Below are positions 12,801-25,221 of a stretch of DNA of 64,000 bases, in pieces. The notes beneath the pieces are model-generated. The model had not been told where the DNA came from. It did not search any database and saw only the letters and a program-made list of their open reading frames with translations. The translations under genes were made by a program, and so were the position numbers. Positions within the stretch are counted from its first letter, which is position 1; every line of letters begins with the position of its first letter. Origin of the DNA: Tetramitus jugosus (taxonomy: Eukaryota; Protista; Heterolobosea); contig OW569346.1 in NCBI GenBank assembly GCA_937625935.1, forward strand, positions 372,001 to 436,000, written 5' to 3'.

Positions 12801-15800
12801 TTAACGAGCATAAGAACTTTATTATCGATATTGTTGACTACCAATATTCTGGTGAGGAACATATCGATAACGTTTCAATCTCCATATTTGCGGTAGATCA
12901 GAACGGTAACTCAAACGAAGTTCCCCCTGAGATTAAGAAAGAAAAGTTAACATTACCAGTGAGACTTCAAGCAGGTGAGCGAGCATTGGTAAGAATATTT
13001 ATTGGAGCCAATCAAGAGATTCATCATGCATATAATGGATCTCTCCTGTTCAGTTATAATCTTATGCCCACTGCAGAATATTTGAACCATTTTGGCTCCA
13101 CCCCTGATAAGGAGGACCTGCAAGCTCTAAAATTCCAACAAGTGCTGAAAGTACCGCTCCAATATTACGTATTAGATGGTACTATCACTTTCAAGAGTTC
13201 AGAGTTTTATTTGGGAAAAACATTCAGAGGTTCTGCAGGTCCTCTCTTGAAACAGAGTGTGGTGGTAGCTGAAAATACGTTCAACTCTAACGATTCTATG
13301 TGCATTAATATTACACGAGCCTCGAGTACTGATTCAAGATTTTCTGTTGAACTTAACCGAGGTTGCATCAAATCTGCTTCTTCGATTGGATCATTGATAT
13401 TGGATCCCAGAAAGAGAAATATGAGAGACTACAGTACTATTCACTACAATGAAGATCCATACGACTATATGATTCTAAGTACTACAACAACGAAGTCGTT
13501 GGCAGAGGTACCTAGTGTGAGTGCTACGATGCGTACTGCGAAGGTATCTGTAGCTCGACCTTCCAACTATGATGATATGATGTCCATAATGGATGACGAT
13601 GAGTTAGTTTATATGGACGAGTATCCGTCACACCATTCTCCAGAAGAATTAGATAGCTTGTTATCTGAGGATGACGAGAATGAAGATTTAATCTTGGCTC
13701 TATTTAAACGATGTAAGCGTTCAAAGAAGTATACAGACTTGCCAACCGAACAAAAGAAGATTGAGTCTACTATCACATTTGAAACTAGTGTTTCTCGCAA
13801 GTTCTCTATTGTCGCTCGAGCTGATTTGGGGCTTCCTAAATTGCAATTCTTCACCAAAAAGCCAACCAAAAACCAGCAAGGCGAGAATTCGATCAGAGTC
13901 AGCATGACTCGATTGGGATCATCACGCGAGTTCTATATTCATGTGAAAAATCCTGGATCGAAACCCTTGCGAATTTGGAAGATATTGATTGGTGATCATT
14001 CACTTGTCGATTTACTCTCTATACATGAGCAGAATACATCGGCTCCTTTGGATGAAGTCAAAATTCGCGATAAGTGGGGCGAACTCCGACAAAATACCAC
14101 TGTCAGAGGATCAAAGGAATCAATGTTCAAACTGAGAGACTTTACACTCTCCAAGAGACGTCTTGGATCTGGTGTAGTTATTCCTGGTGAGGGAGATTGG
14201 ATGATGGGCCCATTTTTCTACTCGCCAAAGTATATTCTAAGGAGTGATGCTGTGATATATGTGATGAATAACTTGACATATTGTGATTGGATCTTTGTCA
14301 GTGGTGTAGGTGCAGGCGGAAGATTATCATTCAGTGCTCCCAACGAATCAGCCAACAATACTCTCACTGAGAAATCCTCGGAGAGTGACTCATCTGCTCA
14401 ATATCTGCGAGTCGATAGCCTACGATGGATAATACCGGAGGATATGTTGGGTCGATGGGAGGATGGTCACTTTATTCCACACTTGGAGAATCAGCCATTT
14501 AGCTTTACAACCAAATTTGGTGTGTCAAACTCTGGTAATTTGAAAGTGATTATTTGGGATGTAGGTATCAACGGAAGAGGGTGTGAGGCTTATGGATTGC
14601 GCATTCACAACTGTAAGGAATCCCTGGGCAAAAATGTTCAAAGTAGCACAAAGATTCGCAGTTTGCATCCTGGTCAAAGATCCGTAATGAAGATATCTTT
14701 CACACCTGACTTCACATCCAGTGAAGTGAATCTCACATTGCGTTTCACGACCCAATCGATAATGAATCAAAACCCAGGAAGCAAGAAGGCCCATGATCCT
14801 ATCGACTACATCGATCTACCATTGTCCATTGCCATTCCGAGAAAGTCATTATCCTTCCTGTACCAATATCAGAGACTGTCCTCCAAGGCCAATCCTGCTC
14901 AATCGGAAGGACAGGAAGTACACATATCCTCGCTATTAAGCGTAATTGTTTCTAATGCAGTGTGGATCATGAGATGCTCTATCACGGCAACAGTGATTAT
15001 TGCTGCGGTGTATGTGATTAATGTGACTGTCAGAGAATGGAGCGTGATTGACTTTGGTAACTGGAAGCAAGTAAGCCAAGAAGAATCAAAGGGACAACAG
15101 TTATCGATCGTAACGAAGACTAACGAAAGTAATCGTAACAAAAATATAGCTGGAAGTACAGATGTGACTGATACTGATAGTCACACCAATGAACTAAGTA
15201 TTGGCGAGGTCACAAGCAGCAATGATGACAACGGCAAACCTCAAATGCAAATTATTGTCATTAAGGAACCTGAGAAATTGCAGCCAGCGCCTAAAGAATC
15301 ACCGAAATCACCAAAATCGCCTGCAAAGGCCGCTCCTGAAATTGAAGTTGAATTGCCATCCCCTGAACCAACGATTACTCCAACTTATGAAGAGCCAGTA
15401 TCGTCGTCTCCTGTACCAACCATACAGCCCAATGTTGAGCCTGTTGTGGAAGAACCAGTTCAGAAGGATGAACCTGTTGCTGCACCTGAACCAGTTTCTG
15501 TCCCCAAGGTTGAGCCTCCAAAGCACTCGCGCTCTCGATCAAACTCTGATGGCGCTACGTACAAACCCCATGGAAATAAGACAAAGAAGACCGCATCGAA
15601 TGCAGACACCAAGCAATCAAAGAAGCACAAGAATCAACAGCAGCATCATGCAACAGATACTACTGCATCGCGATCTGATCAACATTTGCAAACAAAGCCG
15701 TCCACAAAGGCAACCGAGAAGCATTCCCCTCAGTCGCAACAACAACCTGTTGCTGTAGTTACTCCTGCGGTTCAACATCAACAGCCATCACTGGACACAA

Positions 15801-16906
15801 AACGAAACACTCAACCTCAGGTTCTCTCTATCCTGAAGAGGAAAACTTTTGTCAAGAGTAATCCTTCTCACCCATTCTCATCGTCTTCTGGTTATCAGAA
15901 TCCAACATATGTGAAAGTGAATGAAAGAACTGTGCTGTCTCGTCCGAGTCATGAGAAGGACCAACAACATCAGCAACAAACAACTACAGTCAAACCGAAG
16001 CCATTGAAGAGAGGACCAAAACTCTCGCACTCATCTGAAGAAACACTTTCCAAGATTGATTCACTCATTGGTATGAATGGTCACACTGTACCTCCAACTG
16101 CAAGGAACACTGTTGTTGAGAATACTCATCATCATACTGGTAACGTGCCACATGATGCTTGGACAAATGGTAAGCATGCTCCTCAGCAAACTGCCTCTAA
16201 CAATAGGCATACAGAGTTTGGATCTCAACTGAATAGTCGTCAGTTTATGAAGCCGTATGCTGAGTTGAATGATGAAACATTTGGTATTCCAACACATGAC
16301 CTACCCGTCACGCCAGTGAGTAGCGACGTTGATGACTCTTGGTTGTCCTCTGTTCCAAGAAGAACCAGAAGTGTGAGTCCCACAAAGTCTAACTCTCTTG
16401 ATCAGACCATGGCCATTCAGCAACCTCAGAATCATCATCATCATCACTTGCAACAACACCATCAGCAGCGACATCAAGAGGACCGCATCTTCCAAAGACT
16501 GACCCAGGCTTTCCAACCTAGTCAACAAGATTCTGGTTACTTTTCCTTGTTCAGTGGTCCTGAACAAAATTCATTCAGTGGATATAATCCAATGTTTGGA
16601 GGCAATCCTGCGCCCTTGGATCACATGTTCAGTGGATCTGGACTCAACTATGGATGGAATAGCTTTGGATCTGAAAGAAGCTTTGTGTCTGCCAATCCAA
16701 CGCCACACCCAGCAGAAGAGATCAGACCGCCAACAGGCAGCAGCTTGTTCACAGGCAACTCTAGTTCCTTCTTTTCATCATCGCCTAGTCGTTTCTCCTT
16801 TATTCGCGTGCCTCGCGAGCTAGATGAGGAACTAGGTCATGACTTTGAACTTGAAAGACCTAGCAGCAGCGCCAGCAACACAAGCGATTCACATGAAAGC
16901 ATTTGA
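9817..16906 (+). CDS. TMEM131-like large membrane protein (signal peptide, Ig-like domains, TM region, disordered tail); introns near 10530-10732 and 10918-11029
   Basis: NSGNLKV..GCEAYGLRIHNC...ISFTPDFTSSEV is the TMEM131 conserved block; hydrophobic N-terminus; exon boundaries approximate. Confidence 0.75.
9921..10023 (+). repeat. (AAC/AAT)n trinucleotide tract encoding poly-Asn
   Basis: Direct reading of the sequence. Confidence 0.9.
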
Positions 16907-17028
16907 GTGAAAGCAAATAAAAGCAAAGTGTCGAATTTGTGGTCAAACAGGTTTTATGTTACAGTCGAGATACACAACACGCGAGGTCATCCATCGCAGA
17001 TATGTATGATTAGGCTCACATATAATAT

Positions 17029-18111
17029 TTACTCCCATTCTTCCTCTTCCTGTCTCTTAATCTCCTCTGCTTCCTTTGTGGCTCCTGCTCTGTACTCCTT
17101 CTTCAGTTCGTACTTGCCCTTGTTTGGTTCTCGCTTGTTATAGTCACAAATCTCGGCCAAGATCTCATCCTTGAGATAACCAGCTGGTTGACTCGTCTTC
17201 TCTGACAACTCTGTCAATCCCCAATAAGGTTGATGAGCAAACAAGTCCCAAATCTCCTTCATCAACTCCTCCTTTGGCTTCTTAAACTTCTTATCCTTGA
17301 CCACTTCCTTCTTCTTGATCATGACTGGCATCGTTTGCTTGAGCATTGGCAAACTAGACACTGGATAGTCAGGAATCTCACGCATTCGATCTTCCTTCTT
17401 ATTCATTTGATCACTAAACTGTTTGACAAGACTCAAATTTCTAGAGTCCAATCTCGGAACCATGTTAAACATTTGATCAACGACGCCATGAACATGAATG
17501 CACGGTGTAGATATGATTGCTCTCGACTCGTTGATTGCTTCTTCATCTTCATCATCAAATGGTGGTGGTGGTGCAATGCTTGCTTGATCAGCATCACCAC
17601 CATTCTCCTGTTTTTGTTGTCTTTGTTGTTGTTGTTGAGTTCGTTCGGCCATCCTTCTCACTTCGTCCTTGTACCTTGTCTGTTGTGCCGTGTCAATTTT
17701 CATGACATAGAGATGAGGTGCCTTGACTGGATTAAACACGCCCAGTGTTTCATCTTGTAAATGAAAGGTGATTTTGGGTGGGATGGGAACTGATTTTCTC
17801 TGTTGTTGTTGTACTGATGATGATGAGTAATTGGGTCTTGATGTTTGTTGTTGTTGTTGATGTTCAATTTTGAGTGATCCGAGTAGGGCACCTGATTTTT
17901 TGTCTTGCCATTTTTTGAGAATGAGAGAGGGTACTTTGACGAGCCAGAGCTTTGTGTTGGAAGCGGTAGCAGTGTCGACAAAGCCTTCTAATGGAGGTCC
18001 AAAACGAAATTTTTTACTTGCATGATCAATGGCAGGAGCAGTTGTTGTTGTTGTTGTTGAGGGATTGCCATTGCTTGATGATGATGAAGCTTGTGTGTAT
18101 GTTCGCTTCAT
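17029..18111 (-). CDS. GTF2F2: TFIIF beta subunit (RAP30)
   Basis: KLWLVKVP; winged helix LFAHQPYWGLTELSEKTSQPAGYLK...YELKKEY. Confidence 0.9.
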   Translation of the reverse strand: MKRTYTQASSSSSNGNPSTTTTTTAPAIDHASKKFRFGPPLEGFVDTATASNTKLWLVKVPSLILKKWQDKKSGALLGSLKIEHQQQQQTSRPNYSSSSVQQQQRKSVPIPPKITFHLQDETLGVFNPVKAPHLYVMKIDTAQQTRYKDEVRRMAERTQQQQQRQQKQENGGDADQASIAPPPPFDDEDEEAINESRAIISTPCIHVHGVVDQMFNMVPRLDSRNLSLVKQFSDQMNKKEDRMREIPDYPVSSLPMLKQTMPVMIKKKEVVKDKKFKKPKEELMKEIWDLFAHQPYWGLTELSEKTSQPAGYLKDEILAEICDYNKREPNKGKYELKKEYRAGATKEAEEIKRQEEEEWE

Positions 18112-18277
18112 TTTTTTGGTTGTTGTCCTTTGATTTTGGTGGTGAGCTTTTTTTTTAGGTTTTTTATCCAATGGATTTTGTAATTTTTGGCGCCAAAGAT
18201 TCTTGTATGGCGAATACAAGATGCAGAGAAAAGGGAGCAAGTGTCTACAAAGTTTAGATGCTAATAAGTTAATTGGT

Positions 18278-19960
18278 TTATTTGTTGTTTGTCTTAGATT
18301 CTTGTTGTTGTTGTTTCAACTTTTTCAAAAAGTTTTGAGCGTGAGATGATGTCTGCCTCCTGTCTCTCGTCTTGACATAGTGCTCAGCAATGAGCTTCCA
18401 CTGACATCCACACTCTTCGTATCCCTTGAGGAAACGAGCATGTTCATCATCTGTCCAGTCACCCTTGTTGTATTTTTTGCTATTTGAGTTCTTTGACCTA
18501 GAAGAACTTTGTCTGTTGTTGCTTCTCACAATTGGAGTAGTCTCCATTGCTACATCATCGTCTGAAACCGAAGAAGGTGATGATGGAGTAGAAGGACAAG
18601 ATGTGGAGCAATTTGGAGAAGGGGAACGTGAGGATGGCTGACTGTTGACATGGACAGGTGGTGGCAATTGTTTCCGTCTCTTGCTGCTCACGTTCATCAT
18701 CATATGACTCTCCGTGCTAATTGGAGGACAGTATGGACTGCTGTGATGATGATGATGAGGGCTTGATGGCACTTGAATGTTGCTTCCAGGCATACAGCAA
18801 TTAAAGAAATGGGGGCGAGTCATGGCTTGATGGTGGTCATATTCATGGTGATGATGATACCTGTTGTTGAATGGATAATGGTGATCGAAACGGTGATCAT
18901 GGGACATTGGATAAGAACTCTTACTTCCACTGTGATATGGAGCACATTGGTGATAAGAGGATGACGTTTGAGGAGCAGTGTGACGATGACTATTGTAATG
19001 GGAGTGATAGTCATGGCAATGGCTCCTACTGTTGCTACTGGTGGTCATTTGGTGGGCATGGTGGTGATGATAGTGATGGCGGTGAGCTCCACTACCATTG
19101 CTGCTCCTGGTGGATGGTTCATCGATCCATGACTCTGCTGGATTGCTGCTGGGAGCACACGGACATGGAGAAGAGCAGCAGGCCTTACTGTTCTCCTCTT
19201 CGGACGAAGTATCGTCGTGGTGTTGTTGTGTGGAAAGCCTTCTGTATGGATGATACTTCCTGAATGAGGAGGAGGAAGAAGAGACTACCTTCGTTGACAT
19301 TCTAGAACCAGTTGTCAAGGAAGAGGATTCACATTCACAACGATGTTGTTCCGTCGTAGATGATCTGATAATGTCCTCTTGAGGAGACGGGAGATTTTTA
19401 ACGATCCCCCTTGTGGAAGACGGGTGAGTAGTGGCAAAATATTCTCCTAATTTTCCATTGTCCCTTTTGTAAATTGAGTTAGAAACATGATGCAGGGAAA
19501 GCTTTTCTTCGCATTCTTCCAATGTCTCATCAAATCCCTTTTGCTTTCTCGATGACGACTCTCTCGCATGTTCTGTGGAAGGTGAGAGATGGATTGGTGA
19601 AGCTACTGGGCTTGTGGCACCTGAGTCATCCTCATCTTCTGAGGTAATGTTTGACATGGTTGTCTCTTGTTCTTCCTCTTGTTCTCGTTGGAGAAGCTCT
19701 TGAAGCTTTTCTAGCCTTTGTGGTTTTTGGGAGGTAATAATAATGGGCAGAACAAGTGTCTCTTCATGGTGGTGTTGTTTGCTCTCTTTCCTTTGTGTTG
19801 TAGACCATTGCTCAAATCTGCTCTTGTTGTGGGGCAGCGTGCTAGTCACAGCTCTCTTGTTAAACAGTGTGAAGCAGTCGTTCACAGAGTTGATCAATGG
19901 CGTTATGTGTACCATTGGTTCCATCATGGTGTCTACATCCATTGCGATTGACGATGACAT
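18278..19960 (-). CDS. SHAQKYF-class single Myb transcription factor, His/Ser-rich
   Basis: GDWTDDEHARFLKG...WKLIAEHYVKTRDRRQTSSHAQNF. Confidence 0.9.
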   Translation of the reverse strand: MSSSIAMDVDTMMEPMVHITPLINSVNDCFTLFNKRAVTSTLPHNKSRFEQWSTTQRKESKQHHHEETLVLPIIITSQKPQRLEKLQELLQREQEEEQETTMSNITSEDEDDSGATSPVASPIHLSPSTEHARESSSRKQKGFDETLEECEEKLSLHHVSNSIYKRDNGKLGEYFATTHPSSTRGIVKNLPSPQEDIIRSSTTEQHRCECESSSLTTGSRMSTKVVSSSSSSFRKYHPYRRLSTQQHHDDTSSEEENSKACCSSPCPCAPSSNPAESWIDEPSTRSSNGSGAHRHHYHHHHAHQMTTSSNSRSHCHDYHSHYNSHRHTAPQTSSSYHQCAPYHSGSKSSYPMSHDHRFDHHYPFNNRYHHHHEYDHHQAMTRPHFFNCCMPGSNIQVPSSPHHHHHSSPYCPPISTESHMMMNVSSKRRKQLPPPVHVNSQPSSRSPSPNCSTSCPSTPSSPSSVSDDDVAMETTPIVRSNNRQSSSRSKNSNSKKYNKGDWTDDEHARFLKGYEECGCQWKLIAEHYVKTRDRRQTSSHAQNFLKKLKQQQQESKTNNK

Positions 19961-20904
19961 TTTCGCTTAGTTATTATGGTTATTGGAGTGTTGTTTGTAC
20001 GGGATAGGCACGTGTTGTTTGAGTTCTTTGGTTTTTAGATGGTGTGGGGGTCTAAGCACCGTATGTCGATCAATATCAGTTCCAGTTGGATTGTGTGTGG
20101 TGTTGTTCGCATAACCGGGACAGCAGTCAATTTGCAAAGATGCGGGCAGCATCACCCCAGAGTACCCTCGCGAGCAGCACACTCAATGACTCGAAATTTT
20201 CCTTGGGCGGGGTGTGTGAAACAAGTGTTTTTTTTGATGGATGATGTGAGCAGCACAATGTTTTGGGGGCATCCGACCCCATATGTTAGATTTTTTTCCG
20301 CTAATCTAATGCCAACTCTGGTTTCGGTTCCAACACAAAACTGCCAGCAGCGCAAGGCAGCTACTTTCGATTCGTTTGCGCACCGTCAATCCCTTTGGAA
20401 AATTCTGGGTGCGACCTTTGTAAGGGCTCTACTTTGACCACCTTCAGTAATTTTGGATAGATTTGGTCTTATTTCTTTGCGACATTAACTGAATCACTAA
20501 ATCATCATCTGTCTTGACAGTCAGTTCACACTCATTTCATGTGTTGTTGCATGACAGGTGTGGAATGATTGGGCCAGTTCCACTCTGTCTGAGATATTTC
20601 AAATGTTCCAGATTTGCTTGGTCTAACTTCTGTCACGGTCACTGTACAGGAACTGGTGCAGAGAGCCAGCAAAGTGACTACAGAGACGAGAAACACCACA
20701 ACGCACTTGCATTTAGGTTTCTCCCTATTTTCTCACCGATTTTGAAGCTCGAAAAACACTCTTTTCACACCAATGCTTTCTCAAAAACAACACATTTCTA
20801 AATTTTTGTTGTGCACTCGACGAATCCATAGAACCAGTGCACGCTTTGTTCTCACCTCCTCTTTGACTCAAGAGTTACATTTCTACAGCACAACCATCTC
20901 ATCA

Positions 20905-22663
20905 ATGAACAACATTAACATGAACAACCCCAGTCATGATGACACTCCACTACCACCAACAACAACAACAAAGATCAATGACACCAACAAGTCATCATCA
21001 TCAACAATAGTTAATGATTATCATCATCCAATGGACACTGAACAATTTAGAAAGCATGGTCACGACATGATTGATTTCATTTGTGATTATATGAACAGTG
21101 GTACCAACAAACAATTGCCACAACAACAGCAACAACACATCTTCTTCTTCTTCTTCGTATCCTGTTTTGTCCCAGCAGAAACCAGGTTACTTGCACGAAC
21201 AGTTACCGAGTCGGCCTCCATTGGAACCAACTGATTTTTCTCATATTATGAATGATGTTCATCGTTTGATTATGCCAGGTGTGACTCATTGGCAACACCC
21301 GAATTATTTTGCCTATTTTTCTGCGAATACGAGTTTTCCCAGTATTTTGGGTGACATGTTGTCCAGTACGTTGAATGTGATTGGATTCAATTGGATGGCT
21401 TCACCGGCCGCAACAGAGTTGGAAACTGTGGTCATGGATTGGTTGGCACATGCACTTGAGTTGCCTTCATTTTATTATTCTGTAGGAAAGGGTGGTGGAT
21501 GTATTCAGGGCAGTGCCTCGGAAGCTGTGATTGTGTGTATGCTTGCTGCAAAAGCTCGTGCAACGCAACAGTATTTGATGCATCATATGGCGACAACTGT
21601 TGTGAGTGAAGAAGTGAAGAGTAGTAGCAGTGGAGATGGTGCTGATCAAACAAGCTTGAAAACACAGCAACAAAAACAACAATTGTTAAATGAGCTCCAG
21701 GGCAAAATGACAGTTTATATGAGTGATCAGACTCATAGCTCTGTGAAGAAGGCATGCATGGTGATTGGTATTTCTGATGATCGAGTCAGAGTCATTGAAT
21801 CAAATAGTTTGTATGAGATGGATGCCGAGAAGCTGAGAGAGACGATCAAAAGTGACATCAAACAGGGATTGATACCTATATTTGTAGCTGCGACCAAAGG
21901 AACAACATCGAGCACTGCGTTTGATGATTTGACAAAGATTGGACCTATTTGTGAAGAGTTGAGTGTGGATGATGTCAAGATTTGGTTGCATGTGGATGCT
22001 GCCTTCGCTGGTAGCTCGTTCATCTGTCCCGAATACAGAGAAATGTACATGAAGGGTATCGAACACACTCACTCCTTCAATTTTAATCCGCACAAGTGGA
22101 TGTTAACAAACTTTGATTGCTCTGCACTATGGGTTCACGACAGAAAGCATCTCATTGATGCTCTCTCCGTTACTCCAGAATACTTGAGAAATAAGGCTAG
22201 CGAATCTGGTCTTGTGATTGATTATAGAGATTGGCAAGTACCGCTCGGAAGAAGGTTCAGATCATTGAAGCTCTGGTTTGTCATTCGCAGTTATGGTATC
22301 ACTGGACTGCAAAACTATGTGAGGCATCACATTCAACTGGCAGAACTGTTTGAACAATGGGTTTCGAACAGTGATCTGTTTGAAATGCTTGTCCCCAGGA
22401 CAATATCCCTCATTTGCTTCCGCATCAAGCCTTCCGTCATTGCAGCAAGGATTCAAAACAAGAAGACTCCAAACGAAGTCAACACCATGCTACTCGAACG
22501 TGTCAACGAAACAGGAAAAATATTTATTACCCATACAATGCTGCGAAAAGATTATGCGTTGAGGTTGGCCATCTGTGGTTACAACACCCAGGAGAGGAAC
22601 ATTCAGATTGCATGGCAAGTTCTGAACGAACAAGCAGAAGAATTGCTAAATGAACTCGCATAA
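20905..22663 (+). CDS. Aromatic L-amino acid decarboxylase (PLP group II), with an apparent +1 frameshift near 21105-21112
   Basis: MDTEQFRKHGHDMIDFICDY in one frame; PGVTHWQHP, SPAATELE, HVDAAFAG, NPHKW and DWQVPLGRRFRSLKLW in the next. Confidence 0.9.
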
Positions 22664-22891
22664 ACATTTGTTCATCCTCATCACATTCTGAACACACAAG
22701 GAAGAACCAACATTCTTCCTCCATGCGTTTGCTTATTCTCCTGGCCGTGCACAATGTGACGCTGCGGGTTAACCGCTGAAAGCGCGCAACTCTCCTCCAA
22801 CTCTCTCTCTTAAAATCACATAATCTCCTGGTGTGAAGCCAATCAAAAAAAAATAATCAACAACCCCCAAACCAATTATCCTGATCAAAAT

Positions 22892-23305
22892 ATGTCAAGC
22901 TTTGTCTCTGAATATCCATTAACCACACTTGCTGCTTTGACCACCATTGCTCAATACAACGGCTTCCTTCTCAAGGCTGGTAGAGTCCGTTCTCAAGAGA
23001 ACTTCCCTGCTCCAAAGGTCATTGGTAACGAAGAATTTGAGAAGGCTTACCGTGTTCAAATGAACTCGTTGGAGAGTCTTCCCATTCACCTCACAAGCTT
23101 GTTCTTGTTTGCTCAATTGACCGGTAAGGATAAGGTTGCTGCTGGATTCGGTGCTGCTTATATTTTGGGCAGAGTGCTGTATGCTCTCGGATATTACAAG
23201 AACCCAAAGAACCGTTTGGTAGGATTCTTGGTGTCCCTCTTGTCTCAAACTGCATTGCTCGGTGGTTCCCTCTTCTTTGCTGGTAAGCAATTGCTAAGAA
23301 AGTAA
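22892..23305 (+). CDS. MAPEG family (microsomal glutathione S-transferase-like)
   Basis: FEKAYRVQMNSLESLP, GRVLYALGY. Confidence 0.9.
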   Translation: MSSFVSEYPLTTLAALTTIAQYNGFLLKAGRVRSQENFPAPKVIGNEEFEKAYRVQMNSLESLPIHLTSLFLFAQLTGKDKVAAGFGAAYILGRVLYALGYYKNPKNRLVGFLVSLLSQTALLGGSLFFAGKQLLRK

Positions 23306-23613
23306 AAAAGCTATGTTTTACAAAACATTATTCTGCAGGAATTGTTGTTGAAAGAACGCACATGTGAGGATGTCAGCCCTCATTTTCCATTTACAACAAT
23401 GAATTCTCCGCAGCGCCTCGAATTCTGACCATGACTCTCTCTTGGGCAGGGAGCTCCCTATTTCCCCAGTTGTTTTCAAAAAAAAACGTTGTTCGCTCAT
23501 CATCTGCCAACTATCCAACTCATTTTTCACATTATTGTTTGAGAGTCTCTCTTGCCATCATCAAGTCTCACTCAACACAATAATCTCAACATTTTATTCT
23601 CGTCATCATCATC

Positions 23614-25062
23614 ATGTCAGCATCATACGCATTGACCAGACAAGATGACTATGAGGACGACGCCGATGACTATGGTGGTCATCCTGACACTTCACTCGGT
23701 GTAACCGAAGAAGAAGAAGAAGAAGATGAACAACAACATGTCAATCGATCATTATTGAGTCACAAGAGTCATCATGACCAACAAATGAAGGAACAATATG
23801 AGAGTGAGCTAATGAGCAACATGAGTTATTGCCCATTTGGTTTCAGTGCCATTTGTCTCTGTATCACGATGACTATTGCCTGTTTGATTCTATTGGGTGT
23901 TGGTCTCGTCATTCTCATTATTCAAAAGAGAAAATCTGGTCAGACAAATAATGACATTGTCGTGTTGGTCAACATGAATGGTATGAACTTGGAAAGTGTG
24001 AACAAGAACAATGATTCCATATTGTACAAGTTGACCAAGGACAAGGATGCGTATTTTGCTAAATTGATTCCCGTGTTTCCAACGTTGGACATGCCGAATC
24101 GTTATTCGATATTGACTGGAAAGTCACCTGTTGATCATGGTATTGTTGGTGATTACATGTTTGTGGAGGGAAAGATTGTGGATGTGCGCAATAATGAATC
24201 CGTGTTTGAAAAGCTTCGAGAACCAGATGTGAAAACCATTTTGTCACTGGCCGAAGAGTACAATATGACAACGTTGAGTGTTTCATGGTTGGGTTCTTCC
24301 ACTTCAGATAACAAGAAGCGAACTGTGAAGCATGGTAAGACGAACAAGGATCGAGTAAAGATTGTGCTTGATGATCTTGAGAAGCCACAGCGACACAGAT
24401 TAATTGTAGTGAATTTGGACGATACTGGCAATGTGGCAAAGAAGAAGGGATATGAAACCGTACGAAAAGATATTAGCGATGCAGTTGAAAGTTTGGTGAG
24501 TGGAATTAAGGCCAAGTTGAGTTGGAGACCAAATGTTCAAGTGATATTGGTGTCGGATCATGGATGGTATTCTAACTTGAGCAATGATTTGAATGATGTC
24601 CTCGTGGATGTTAAGGAGCCATACACTATTGTGTCTTACAACACTAGTTTTGTTCATCTTGTTTTTGAGAGTGCTACAGCTGCATTGGATGTATGTAGTA
24701 CTCTGAGAAGCGAGCCCCAACAGAAAGAACTTTTTTATGTTTGCTCGCCTCAGGCTGTCTCGGGTTGTTCGTGTGAAAGTACTGACGATTGGAAATTCAA
24801 TCCCAAATCATTTCCAGCTAATTCACTTGTTATGGTGGCCGATTCTGAATACGTTTTCTATGATGGAGAACTACCAAAGGTTGCCAGTGGATATCTGCCA
24901 TCAGACAAAGCTATGAAGGGTGTATTTTATGCAAAGGGTTCACGAATCAACGATGATGCGCCACCTCAAGAAGAAATTGCTAACTCTGATATTTATAACA
25001 TCATTGGCGCCATTCTCAAGCTTGGTACAATCGATGACACAGGCATTGCAAAGAGTGACTAA
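23614..25062 (+). CDS. Type II membrane ENPP/alkaline phosphodiesterase-fold protein, probably inactive
   Basis: Single TM; PVFPTLDMPNRYSILTG..HGIV; VSDHG; M.GVFYA.G; N.DIYN. Confidence 0.8.
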   Translation: MSASYALTRQDDYEDDADDYGGHPDTSLGVTEEEEEEDEQQHVNRSLLSHKSHHDQQMKEQYESELMSNMSYCPFGFSAICLCITMTIACLILLGVGLVILIIQKRKSGQTNNDIVVLVNMNGMNLESVNKNNDSILYKLTKDKDAYFAKLIPVFPTLDMPNRYSILTGKSPVDHGIVGDYMFVEGKIVDVRNNESVFEKLREPDVKTILSLAEEYNMTTLSVSWLGSSTSDNKKRTVKHGKTNKDRVKIVLDDLEKPQRHRLIVVNLDDTGNVAKKKGYETVRKDISDAVESLVSGIKAKLSWRPNVQVILVSDHGWYSNLSNDLNDVLVDVKEPYTIVSYNTSFVHLVFESATAALDVCSTLRSEPQQKELFYVCSPQAVSGCSCESTDDWKFNPKSFPANSLVMVADSEYVFYDGELPKVASGYLPSDKAMKGVFYAKGSRINDDAPPQEEIANSDIYNIIGAILKLGTIDDTGIAKSD

Positions 25063-25221
25063 CTTCGAAGCTTCGCAATTAGAGCAAGTATAAATAAAAC
25101 AAATTGAAAGTGAATTTGTTCCGGCAAAAGGAAAACACGAAATCCGAACACAGGAACACAAAAAAAATCCAAGAAGAAAACAAAACAAAACACAACATCA
25201 TCACATTATCTACTTTAATTC

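Noticed and set aside
20480-20700. Short hairpins and C/D-like boxes upstream of the decarboxylase
   Set aside because: Stems are short and box spacing is unconvincing; cannot support a snoRNA call.
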